Assembly (NCBI RefSeq): GCF_030144855.1
Contig: NC_082722.1
Location: 47,926,001-47,990,000, forward strand
Length of the DNA: 64,000 nucleotides
Source of the DNA: Hypanus sabinus
Taxonomy: Eukaryota
Reading direction: 5' to 3'
The notes under the pieces were generated by a model. It was not told the DNA's origin. It worked only from the letters and a program-made list of their open reading frames with translations, and did no database searches. The position numbers and the translations under genes were made by a program. Shown in pieces: positions 14,370 through 25,811 of this stretch (the stretch's first letter is position 1; each line of letters opens with the position of its first letter).

Positions 14370-14949
14370 ATTCTTAAGGTTGTTACAGCCAGGGGTGGTT
14401 ATGGGGACAAGCTCCCACTACCTATTAAATAGTCCCAATAGTGTGCACCTCAAATAGCCTCTGACAACCAAGTCCTTCACGTGTGACTTAGCTACTAAGC
14501 TACTAAGCCTGGCAAAACTGTTTCTACTGATGGGAGAAAGGGCAAAAGCAAGTTACAGGCACCTTAAAACCAGTCGCTTCTGACAGGGGGACTCATCAGC
14601 TGTGGTTGGCAGCTCACCTAGGAGAAGAAAATCTTTGATTTCAAACCTCCACTGCCTTGCGGCTATACACACTCACGGAGAAGGTTTCGGGAGTAAACCC
14701 CAAGGGAAAAATCTGGAGATGGGAGTCCCTAAAGCAGTCATACATTGAGTTCAAAGCTGACTGATAACTCGTGCGATACTCGTGCATTGCTCTCTGCCAT
14801 TCCTTTGGTTTTATCAGATGTGTGGAGAGGGGGAGCTTGCTACATGTGCAACAGCTTGCTCTCCATATTGTCCTGCCCAGGCTTGCATATCTAGACAGCT
14901 AGGATATCATATTCATAGTCAACTCTGACCAACAGAGGCCTCAGCAGCA
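14370..14949 (+). mobile_element. Non-autonomous RTE-derived retroposon (5'UTR-like body, short (cag)n tail)
   Basis: RTE-type 5'UTR motif 'taggagaagaaaatctttgatttcaaacc'; flanked by an imperfect 14-bp direct repeat gctaa(a/g)ttac(t/a)att at 14356-14369 and 14950-14963. Confidence 0.55.
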
Positions 14950-15419
14950 GCTAAGTTACAATTAAAGTCCACAAGGAACTATCTCCAAGTAACTCCACAA
15001 TTAAATGACTTACAACAGAAGTTCAGGAACTCAGGGTTCAGAAAACAATCAAGGACTATAAAAAAGAAAAAAATAGGCCAAATTACCAGCAGATAAATAG
15101 GTGTGCAGCAATTTCATCAAAAATTTTCCATTAATTTTCTTAATATGTCCAAGAAAAAAAAATCACAATGGCAATGAATTCCAGCTGAATTTATAGTTTA
15201 ATAAAAAAAATCTTTTCTCCATTTCCTTTTTAGGCAATTTGAAATGTCAAGTATGCTAGAAATCAGAAGCAAAAGAAAATTTTGAAGTCATTTTGGAAAA
15301 GGCAGAGATTGTTAAGAATTAAAACAAGCGTATACATAAATTATTTCAGAACTGTGAAATGGCAACTCTCCCATAGAAAACAAAAATAGCAGACAGCCAG
15401 ATAGAGACCAAAAAGCTCA

Positions 15420-16900
15420 CGGTCAAATATGCTGTACTTCCTTTCAGGGGATGGAGCTGCCACACGCCTACAACTGTTCACGCACAGCACCCACAGCGAA
15501 GTCTGAAGCGTCAGTAGTAACAGCTATGGATGTGTTGGAGAGCAGCTGCAGTGGTAAGGTCGCATTGGAGAGAGCTTACTCGGTACCATCAAATACTCTG
15601 GTCATGTTAGCTGACCAGTCAAGCATGCAATTAGGGCCATTGGCTTGAAGGACACTATACAAAGGAAGCACAAGTTCTGCATCTTGTAAAATGAAGCACT
15701 GATAGAAATTCATCTTACCAATAAACTCTCGTAGTTTTTTAGTAGTGCGGGATGGTGGGAAACACATAATAGCGGCTACATTTGATGAGAAGGGTTTCAC
15801 GCCTTCTGCTGAGATGTGATGGCCAAGATAGTCAATGGTTGACAACCCAAACTGGCAATTAGCAGGATTAATAATCAACCCATGTTGACTTAAGTGCTTA
15901 AAAAAATCTGTAGAGATGTGATATGTGCCTGGATTTGGATGCATTGACAATAGGTATGTTATACAGATAAACAAAAATATCTAGGTCTTTTATTACAGAA
16001 TTTTCTCAAGCATCATCTGTGCTGCATTTCTCAGCCCAGCAGAAATTTAAAAAGGCCAAACAGGGAGATCACAGCCATTTTGCGAATGACCTCCAAACAC
16101 ACAGGCACTTGACGGTAGCCCCTATCTCAGTCAACTTTAGAAAAACTTTTTAGCTTAATATGCTGAAAAGTCTTGGATGTGTAGGACTGGGTAACAATCA
16201 GGGATGGTAACCTTGTCAAGGCATCGGCAATTGCTACATGGGTAGCAACCACCATTGGGCTTAGGGACCACATGGAGGGGGCGAAGCCCAGGGGCTATTC
16301 AACCTGCATACAATGGGGAACTTACAGGGCAGTAGAGTAATGGCTCAAAGTCCTTGATGTCCACAAGCTGGCTAAAAGTCCTTGGGCACACAGGAAATCT
16401 ACACTGAGCAGAGCTCTAACCACTTTAGCCACTGAAGCGGACCATTACCGGTCATGCCCCGTAAGTCTCGATCCTGTTGCCAGTGGCGGCCTCCGACGAT
16501 GTTTCATCGTTTGTCATATGATCAGCACACTCACTTGAGCACCCATGTCACACAAGAACCATCACCCTGGAAGAGCATCATTAACAAACAGTAGACAACT
16601 TTGGCAGCTGGAATCAGCAGTGTTCACAGACCTCTGGCATCCCAATGAGCTAGCACCATCAAAGCTGCAAAATAGTCAGCACTTCCTGCTTGGTCCTGCT
16701 GACCAAGATTATTGAGGGCAGGAACAGGAGAAGGAATTATGTGCCTCTGCCTGGCTGAGTGTACACTATCAGTCATCTTAGCAAGCTCCCTATCGTCATT
16801 CATAGGTGTAATTGTGAGGCCTATGTGAACTTCATCAGACATTTGCTGCATAAAGAGTTATTTAAAAATAAAACAAGGATGGTGATTTATCACCCATTGC
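15420..16900 (-). mobile_element. Decayed Ty3/Gypsy gag-pro-RT-RNaseH fragment
   Basis: ORF 15576-15974: GLIINPANCQFG...IDYLGHHISAEGVKP...LREFIGKMNFY; TTDASD RNase H start near 15500-15520; gag remnant PCFIFK.LFMQQM. Confidence 0.85.
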
Positions 16901-17046
16901 GTTACCCTACACTAACAGGAGAGTGACCAATAACAATATTCGCTTGATAACAATGAAAATAATGATAGAGCCATTGCAGTTTCAGGATGATTTGCAGCTG
17001 GACATGCTTGGTCAGAATTTGCAAAGTATCTCAAACTGTCCATTAG

Positions 17047-17432
17047 AGTCATAGAGAAGTACAGTACAAAAACAGATGCTTTGGTCCATTTATTCCACGC
17101 TGAAATTATTTAAACTGCCTACTCCCCTCAACCTGCATCTGGACCACTGCCCTCCATATCCCTACTATCCACATCTCAATCCAAACCTCTCTTAAACTTT
17201 GAAATTGAGCTTGCATGCACCACTTGAGCTGGCAGCTTATTCCACATTCTCACCACCCTCGGAGTGAAGATTTCCCTCATGTTCTCCTTAAACTAACCTT
17301 TCAATCCCACTCAACCTCAGTGGAAAAAGCCTGCTTGCATTTACCTTATCTATACCTCTCATGATTTTGTATACTTGTAACAAAACTTCTCTCAATCTTC
17401 CAAGTTCTAAAGAATGCAGTCCTAACCTATTG
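17047..17432 (-). mobile_element. CR1 3' end
   Basis: RLGLHSLE.GRLR...VYKIMRGIDKV and CR1 3' UTR. Confidence 0.8.
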
Positions 17433-17439
17433 TACAGTG

Positions 17440-18800
17440 CTATCCATCCCTCTCCACAGTCACTGCAATTTCGAGTTCTGGGGTCTTCTCTGCAACTGGT
17501 TCTGAAAGTCAGGTGTGCTGTTCCGTTGGAAATGCGATCCGACATTTTATACACTTACTGTATATGTTAATCTTCTAAACCACGACTGCCCACGTTGTTG
17601 ATGTCCTGAATGTCAGTTTTTGATTTCGTCGTTCTCGTATTCACTAATTTAATGCTGAAGTTAAAGCCTGCCAAATTCTGAAACATTGACTCAATATTAA
17701 TCTAACTTCAAACAGCGATTAGATAACGATTTTAGTATCAACTTAAAATGAAACAGCCTTAAATCTTCAGCCACACGCTTTAAATTGTTCAAAATCAACC
17801 ATCAGGACCTGCCTTTGTTTTAGTATCAGAAACAAACCGCTGGAGAAACTTTGCAGGTCGAGCAGCATTGGGCGGTGGGTGCATCAACACTCATGCCGGG
17901 TCCGACCCGCCTTGTTGACGCCTCGTCAACAATTCCTCTCACCCCAACCCTTCAAATGCTGCTCGACCCACTTGAGTTCCTTTGCTGCAGATTCCATCAT
18001 CTGCAATCTTTCAATTATCTCTCTGGTCGCCTGAACTGTAAATGCTCGAATATAATCTTTAAGAATCATGCGTGCTACTCATACAACGTCGAGGATTACT
18101 TTAAACAATTGCAATAGTATTGTCATTATTGCCTGATCGTTCAGGTTGTCCCAAATCTCATGATCTTGATTCCTAAAAAAGACGACCTTATAACGGAAAG
18201 AACAAACCCTCGAACGCCCAATCACACGCAGCTGCGCTTGAGTTCGAACTATTTTTTAAAAATCTGATCTCACTTACAAATGGCATGTTATTCTTTCTTC
18301 TAAATGTAAATGGCATTTCGCTTGCAGTTGAAAAGTCTGACTATCCTAGCGACACGTTCAGCCACGCAAAAAAAAACTTTACACAGGAAATAGCAATGTC
18401 TTCCCAGGAACGCTTTTCAGTCATGGTACTTGTAAATAAAACCTCCTTCCATTGGGTCAGCGAGGAAAATTCGCCCAATCCCAGACCGCGGTGATCATCT
18501 TAGCAACAGGCGCTATTCGAGAACCGAACTCTGTTCCATCGCCCTCTTCCTGGGGATGGGTCACCTGGGAAGGCCTTTGTTTTTGTTCGTGAATCAATTG
18601 ATAGATTTGGTTGGTTCTCCGCTGTCACTCTGGAGTTTAGACGTCCCTTTAGTGCGATGCCGTTCTCGAAACAAATGATTTTTGCAGGACTACGTTTTCT
18701 AAAATTCCCTCCCCTTCCATTTATATCTCTGGAACCGATCCTTGACGACTCATGTTTATTATTGTTCTCTAATTACAGTCGTTAATTAATAAGGATCGCT
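17440..18800 (-). promoter_or_regulatory. CpG-rich promoter/first-intron region of CEP89, with CCAAT (~18476) and RFX X-box-like half site cttagcaac (18499-18507)
   Basis: Visible CpG enrichment relative to flanks around the first coding exon; motifs read directly, function inferred. Confidence 0.55.
18278..18316 (-). CDS. CEP89: CEP89 coding exon 1 (MPFTFRRKNNMPF)
   Basis: 13 codons from ATG followed by a perfect gtaagt donor in phase 0. Same length and FRR...F pattern as human MLLGFRRGRRSHF; lies in a CpG-rich region. Confidence 0.85.
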
Positions 18801-19185
18801 ATTAGTTTATATGTAATATATAAAGTCGCTTCTGATAAATATGTAGTGGAACATGGTGTTGAGCAATTAAGATTTAAACAGAAACGGACTCCTAAGGGCA
18901 AATAAAATCTATAAGAAAAGGAACTGACATGAATTAGTGACCTTATTGTAAGTGTTTGCAGAAGACATAGGAAAATCACCCAACATCATGGAAATGACCA
19001 AATAAATTCATTATCGAAGTGCACTTAAGTCACCATGTACTCACTCCCCTGAGATACATTTTCTTGCGGGCATTCACAGTACATGTAAAGAAGCACAATA
19101 GAATCACATGATAGAGAAGGACAAACAACCAATATTCAAAAGACAACTGCAAATACAATAAATAATAAATAAATATAGTAGGTAA
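18530..19185 (+). repeat. Local segmental duplication, copy 1 (copy 2 at ~25812-26578)
   Basis: Collinear similarity, e.g. 'ccctcttcctggggatgggtca' vs 'ccctcttccttgggatgggtca' and 'caggactacgttttctaaaatt' vs 'caggactacattttctaaaatt'. Confidence 0.85.
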
Positions 19186-19189
19186 ATAG

Positions 19190-21297
19190 ATAGGTTGAGG
19201 AGACATTAATAATCTTTCAAGAATCCCTAGATTCTGGAATGGTTCCGGGGAGTGGAACCATTTTCTTTGCACAGGTCGGTTCCGAATCCAAACAGCCAAG
19301 TCGCAGCAGACCCCATGCGTCCTGATCTTTTGGATTAGCCTCCCATGAGCGACCTTGTCAAATGCCAAACTAAAATCCATGCAGACAACATCCACTGCCC
19401 TACCCTCATCAACCTCTCTCATCACCTTGTCAAAATACTCAATCAAGTAGGTAAGACACAACCTGTTATGACAACAGACTATGCTGGTTCTCCCTAATCT
19501 GGCCATGGGTTTCCAAATGCTCTTGTATCCTATCCCTAACTATTTCCCTACAACTGATGTGAGATTCACTGATTCATAGTTCTCAGGATTTTCCATTGTT
19601 CCCTTCTCAAATGGAGGTACAACATTAGCTACTCGCCAGTCCTCCGGGACTTTGCGTGTGGCTAGAGAGGACACCAAGATACTGTTCAAGGCCCCAGCAA
19701 TCTCGTTCTTGCATCCTTCAATAACCTGGGGTAAATCCCATAAGGCCCTGGGGACTTATCCACCTTAATACTCATTAGGAGGCCAAATACTTTTTCCTCC
19801 TAAATCTCTAAACACCCTAATGTTCATTCAGCACTGATCTCCTGGTCCTCTATATCCCTTTTATTTTGGGAAAATCTGAAACAAAGTACTCATTAAGTTC
19901 CTCACTCACATTCTCTACATCCATGCAAATGTTCCACCCTTTATCCTTGAGGGGTCCCACCCTCTCCCTAATTACCCTCTTGCTTCTTTATGCACCTCAA
20001 GTGCTTCATTTGATCCTAATTTCCAAGGCTTTACATACTTTTTCTTCTTGACTTAATTTCATTTTTAGAATCTTTTTATTGATACATAATCTTCAACAGG
20101 TATAAGATATTACAAAACCAACAAATTAATATATATATAATTAGTAAAGCTGAAGAAAATTAAAAACTGATAGCAATATATAAAAACGAAAAGAGAAAAA
20201 AATTATGCAAGGAAAAGAAAGAAAAAGAATTGAGAAAAAAAACACACTAACTACAAAAAAAAAAGAAATAAACCATTAGGAATCAACCCCCCGGAACAAT
20301 ATGTCTAACCATCCTCTATATATATAAAGAAAAAGAATCATCAACTGCCAATTCATATTTATATAAAATAAGATTGGAAGGAAACCATAAAAAATAATTC
20401 AAATTAAATGATAATATTTGGCAAAAGAGCCCCATCTTCTCTCAAAGTCAAATCGGGGATCAAAAGTTCTACTAATTTTTTCCAAACTGAGACACAAAAT
20501 TACTTGAGAAAATCATTCAATTAATGTAGGGACAGAGGTATCTTTCCATTTTAATAAAATAGCCCTTCTTGCCAATAATGTTGATCTGAAGATGAAATAC
20601 CCTGAATATGAACAGTTATTCTATTAGGTTGTAAATTGATTTTTAGAGCTTTAGAAATTGTAGAAAATAAAGATTTCCAGAACGGTTTTAATAAAGAACA
20701 TGACCAGAACATATGTAGCTACTTCAGTTTTACACCTATCGCAGTGGTTATCTATACTAGGAAATATTTTAGATAGTCTCTCCTTTGTTAAATAATAACG
20801 GTGAATAATTTTAAACTGAATTAAACAATGATTAGCACATATAGAAGAATTTATGTTTTTCAAAACTCATACCCAATCTTCATTAACAAAGGTCATATTA
20901 AATTCTCTCTCCCAATCTTGTTTAATCTTTAGTGAGAGGTTTTCTTTTTGTAACAAAAGTAAATTATAAATTCTACTAATAGAACTTCTCACTACAGGAT
21001 TCAACTTCAAAATAGTATCCAACACTTCTTGACTTAATTTATCACTTCTCTGGACATCCAAGGTTCTCTTGTCTTTCCATCCCTGACCTTCCTTCTAACA
21101 GGAACATACCTTTCCTGTACTCTGTGCAATTAATCTTTAAGCACATTCCACATGTCTGATGTAGACTTGCCAGAGGAAAGGTGTTCCCAATTAACTCTTC
21201 TTAGTTCCTGCCTAATGCCCTCATAATTTGCCCTAGTCCAATTTAAAACTCTCCTGCATGGATCTTATCCATAGCTATCCTGAAAGTTAAGGAGTTA
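19190..21297 (-). mobile_element. CR1 internal fragment(s), itself interrupted by L1
   Basis: ORF 19030-19506 CLTYLIEYFD...VDVVCMDFSLAFDKVAH; 'gtaggtaaatag' is duplicated at both junctions. Confidence 0.7.
20062..21050 (-). mobile_element. L1/Tx1-clade LINE 3' end
   Basis: QFKIIHRYYLTKERLSKIFP...CDRCK C-terminal zinc-knuckle region; aataaa plus A-rich tail at ~20062-20082. Confidence 0.8.
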
Positions 21298-21379
21298 GTA
21301 GGTAAATAGGTAGATTAATAAATAAATAAACAATCAATAAATATCAAGAACACACGTTGTAGAGTCCTTAAAAGTGAGA

Positions 21380-24300
21380 GATATTGCTTTAAGGGGAAAG
21401 TGAGGTGGTGACTGAGGGAAGTGAGAGTAATTGAGGGACAGTGGTTCAGAGAGCTGACAAGACAGCCGTGGATTATGTAGAACGTAAATATCGAGTGTAT
21501 GAAGAGTATTCAGGGTTGGATAATCCAAGGAAGATGACCCAGTCTTGCTGAAAATGTTGAAGGAAGGCCTGAGCTCAGCCCAGCATGAAGTTTTAGATTT
21601 GGTGATAGAGGTGGGGTCGACCTACTCTACGATGGAGTCATGGGCCAGTGAGATAGACCAGAGGAGCGGGGGAAGAGAAATCATAAAGTGGTTGTAGTGA
21701 ATGTAGCTGTTGTGATGTCATACAGAACTTGTTTTGTGTGCCAGTAGCTGGGGCATGTAACAAGGAACTGCTAGAATAGATGTGGGAGGATGAAGGAAAT
21801 GATTTTTTACAACTGTAGCTTCTTGGGCCATGGTTGGAGGAAGTGCTTTGTGAAACAAGGAAGGTATGAAAATCACTCACCACAGCAGCGTCCTCTCTTT
21901 CTGACAGAGGGGCGTGTCCAGACAGGTATACATAGTTTACACACATTCACCCGTTTTTACTGTTAATAAAATTGATGCACCATCAATAACTCTCAGAGAC
22001 TGGAAGAGAACAATAGGCTTTTATTAACAGCAAAAAGGGAGCACTACATCTTGACGACTGAGGGAGGAGCAGTGCCCCAATCGCCTTTATACAGGGGTCT
22101 GTGGGAGGAGCCACAGGAGCAGTCAGCAGAGGGTGTGTCCAGACAGGTATACATAGTTTACCACACTTTCCGATTTGGCTGCTGACCAGATTGTAGAGCT
22201 GGTGAGGTCAGACAAGTGGCTGATGGCCACCTCTTTTGCCAGAGGTGTCATTCATAGATGTACACAAGAGGTTTATTAGGGGGCCAGCAATGTGAAATGT
22301 TAGTTTTCACAGGGTCATCAGTATCAATAACTGATTACCCTTTCCCACGACTGGAGAGGTGACTTACATTACCAGTGCAGGAGATGAAACAGTGAGGGTG
22401 GAGAGAGGACAGCCCCAGGTACTTGTGATTGCGGGAGTGCAGCTTCCTGTAGATTTCTGGGTGTACCCAAACAAAGAAGGTACTGTCCTGGAGAGAGACA
22501 CACTTAAGGCAGGTGCTGTCACAGACTTAGGAAGAGGAATAATAAGATGGACAAAACAGGGACTGTGACAAAGGACAAAGGCAAAGGACACAGAGAGCGT
22601 GACAGCAAGCTGTGAAAGTATAACAGTGACTTTTAAAGTATAACTGTGACTGTACTCTGTGATGAAGGCTGGTTGCTGAAAGCAGATGATTAGTTGTACA
22701 GTCAGGAACAGACAAAATACTGGGGAGAATAGATGAGAAGAGATCTGAGTTACAATAGAGACATCAGGATCCACAACTCTGATAGCATGGCAGACTAAGA
22801 AAGAGAAGAAATTGCACACGGCGTCGGAAGGCAGTTGCCCCAGCCTGTGAATACAAATGAGCTGGGTCTGCGATCGACTGGACAGTCCGAAAGGGGCTGC
22901 CACCGGGGAGAGGTCCTTGCAGTCATTCAAATAGAGACCGCCCCAGCCCCTCCTGTACATTGACGAGAGGGGCTGTGAGCCTGATACATTTACATTGCCG
23001 GTGCCCCTGGGAGGAGAGTAACCACTGGTAGCCACTGTAGAGTTTAGCTATCAGAGGATGAAGGATGAGGATAAGGAAAGTGTTTAAACTGCAATTGGAC
23101 AGCAGGGAAGAAGGCAACAGGCATACGAATGAAGAAACTGCATTTTAAAAACTGTTGGTCAAATTTCTGGAACAGTCTCTCTGCTTACCATCTTGTACAT
23201 AGTCATTGGGGATGTTAGCATAGATGTACATGCACATAGAGTAGTTGGGAAGGTTCCAAAGTTGGGCCATTTCTGTTGCTCTATTTGAGTAGATCCTCCT
23301 TAAGGTTCGCCTTAACTGGAACAAATTTATATTTGACTAGGAGGGCAAAGAGGAGGGACTGTAGAGAGTATCCTGGAGTTAGGTTATACAGCAAAATATT
23401 AACTTCAGCAACCAATCTTTAGACCTGAACATGGACTGTAAATTACTTTGTAAAATGCAGCTCTGGGCAACAGCTGAGAACTGCAGTTAATAGAAAAACT
23501 AGACAATATTGATTACCATTCATTTTGGATGAAAAGGTGTGAAAGTTAATAGTAGTCTAAGGAAGCGTTGCAGATACATTGTAAATATAGAATTGTCCTT
23601 TGATCTTTAGCATATAGAATGTCAAACAGGTCTCAACATGATGCTTGCTGTCTCATCTTGTCAAATAGAAGACTACTTCATATCTACCTGTGCATCTGTC
23701 TTTGACTTTGTTCATATTATAAAAACTCTGTAATGAAGCCTGGCTCTAGAAGGTAGATGATTAGTTGTTAAGATCAGCATGGAAAGATTGGGGGCAATAG
23801 GTGGGAGGGGATCCAAGTTACAGCAGAAACATCAGGTTCCACAACTTCAAAGCTGGAGAAAGAGAAGAAATTACACACGGCATTTGAAGGGAGTCACCAC
23901 AGCCTGAATGGGGAGTGGTTGGCCACCAATCGAATGGCCAGGTCTGGGAGTGAGTGCCACCAGGATGAGGTCCTGACAGCCATTCAAATAGAAACCACCC
24001 CAACCCCTCCTATACATCAACAACAGGGTCTGGGAAACCAGTTGTCAGATTCTGACAATCTTTTGTCACAGCATGGAGTGTGAGCTGTTGCCTGTGAGTT
24101 TGGTACACTTATGTTGCTGGTGCCCCTGATCAGAGAGTAACCACCAATAGCCTCTGCTGAGTTTTAGCTATCACAGAATGAAGGAGTGAAGATAAGAATG
24201 AGATCAAACTGCAATCAGCCAGTAAGGAAGGAGGCAGTAGGCATATGAATGACAAAATTGCTGATGAAGTTTCTGGAACAATCTCTGCTTCGAGTCGTAG

Positions 24301-24680
24301 CGTAGATGTAGATGCACACAGGGATATGATAGGTAATTGTGGAAGGAGGTCTGAAGTTCAGGACATTTCCAGGGACCCATTTGATTAGATCCTTCTTAAA
24401 GTTTGGCCTGGCCTGGATCAAATTTATTTTTGTCCAGCAGGGCTAAAAGGACGGAAAACCTCAGCGAGTTTTTTTCCAGCATTAAAAACGTGAGCAAGCA
24501 GGACAGCAGATAAGTGCTGAGAGCCACATAAAGTAAATTGCAGAATAGTCTGGACATAAGGAACCTGCTTCCAGTATCGCTGTATTCCGGTCGTGTTAAA
24601 CACCTCCACCATTGGCCAGTCTGCAAGAATATTGTCAATATTAAACTGGTCCGTGGTGCAAAAAAATGATGGTGACATTA
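21380..24680 (-). pseudogene. Unidentified intronless decayed coding block with two tandem paralogous ORFs (A ~24678-23720, B ~23520-22650) and possibly a third
   Basis: Shared peptides MYRRGWGG(F/L)YLN, LPS(N/D)AVCNFFSF, VV(E/D)PDVS, QLII, C(I/M)YIYA, RDCSRN; third-position-biased differences; in-frame indels; scattered stops and frameshifts. Confidence 0.7.
21880..22164 (-). mobile_element. Short LTR (~190 bp, TG...CA) followed by a short spacer and a partial second LTR copy
   Basis: 'gtgtccagacaggtatacatagttta' occurs at ~21914 and ~22135; TATA (gtataaagg) and aataaa lie inside the LTR on the - strand. Confidence 0.7.
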
Positions 24681-24691
24681 TTTCTATTTCC

Positions 24692-24825
24692 AGGTTGTGG
24701 GGTTTTACTTCCGGTCTTTTCTGCCCCCGGTGTGCATGCGTGTAACTAATTGATTTAGAGTCGATCTTGCATTTCGCTAAGGCCGAGGTAAGGGATCTTG
24801 GGCTTCAAAAGGTTGGTGACCACTA
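24692..24825 (+). mobile_element. hAT (Charlie-type) terminal fragment
   Basis: 'aaaaggttggtgaccact' TIR-like end followed by an NNNTANNN-type site (cactagag); the other end is missing. Confidence 0.55.
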
Positions 24826-24837
24826 CACTAGAGCATT

Positions 24838-25041
24838 GGGGTCACCAATGGAGGTTTTCAGAAATAAAACACAGAGGCTTTTAAGTTTAAGAGAAACCGT
24901 AGCAACTCACTTTATTGCCAAGCAAACGCAAAACATAAAGACTGGTGGAAACCTTCACGTCAGACACAGCCAGTTAGTGAACCCCAACTCAATGTTGGTG
25001 GTTGTGAATAATGCATATGTTACCACCCATTACATTACCAT
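24838..25041 (-). mobile_element. Gypsy-type LTR with tRNA-Trp-like PBS
   Basis: On the - strand: aataaa, end ...cctcca, then tggtgacccc (24838-24847). Confidence 0.55.
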
Positions 25042-25284
25042 ACTTTTAGAACCCTGTTTTATATCACTGGGTAGTTTGCCATCATATTTCATCATCGTAC
25101 TGCTCTTGCAGCTGCCTTTTGTTGGATTTTACAAGTGTCCCAATCATCCAACTTCCCACTCACTTTTGCTACCTAATAAGCCCTTTCCCTAGCTTTTATG
25201 CAGTCCTTAACTTCCCTTGTCAGCCACGATTGCCTAGCCCTGCCATTTGAGAACAACTTCGTCTGTAGGACATGTTTATCTATC

Positions 25285-25807
25285 ATGGTGAGACTTGTGG
25301 GATAATGGGCGTAGGGGAAGACACCTTTACAGAATATATGAAACTGTTGGATTGAAGGGAGAAAGGGCTAAATCAAGAAGGGAAGGAATTATATTGATTT
25401 AACTTAGAATTGGGCATACTATGCCTAATTATTCCTTATATTTTGATGGAAAACATCACTCTGGGGTGTGTAGGTTTTGTTATCATTATGAAACAGTTGA
25501 ACACATTATTTTACAATGTGAAGCATATAAGGTTGAAAGAAAGCAAATGCAGGCTGTACTATTAGCTTTGGGGGTTGATAGCTTTCAGTTAAAAATTTTA
25601 CTAAGTTATAGAAGTGACTTTCATTTAATTCACAATATTGTCTTTCATTATTTACGATCTATAGGGCTTTTGGGGGTAATTTAACTTTCATTTGATAAAG
25701 AAGTAGTTGGTGTTCCCAATTCTCTACACCACACTCCAGTCCAGTTGGTGGCGCTAATGCATCTATAAATTGGACTGCCAACCACCATGAAACATCAGAA
25801 GAAGAAA
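25285..25807 (+). mobile_element. Nimb/I-clade LINE 3' end
   Basis: LRIGHT...CRFCYHYETVEHIILQC (CCHC); 3' stem ggtggcg...ccaaccacc; (gaa)n tail. Confidence 0.75.
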
Positions 25808-25811
25808 TCCA

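Noticed and set aside
23770-24400. Long stop-poor + strand frames in the unknown block
   Set aside because: The equivalent + frame of copy B contains several stops, while the - strand frame is open there with silent changes.
22800-24400. Polyomavirus VP1, TRAF/MATH or RNase H identity for the unknown ORFs
   Set aside because: Only isolated short motifs (WVP, CxYIY, WIPSH); order and spacing do not fit those families.
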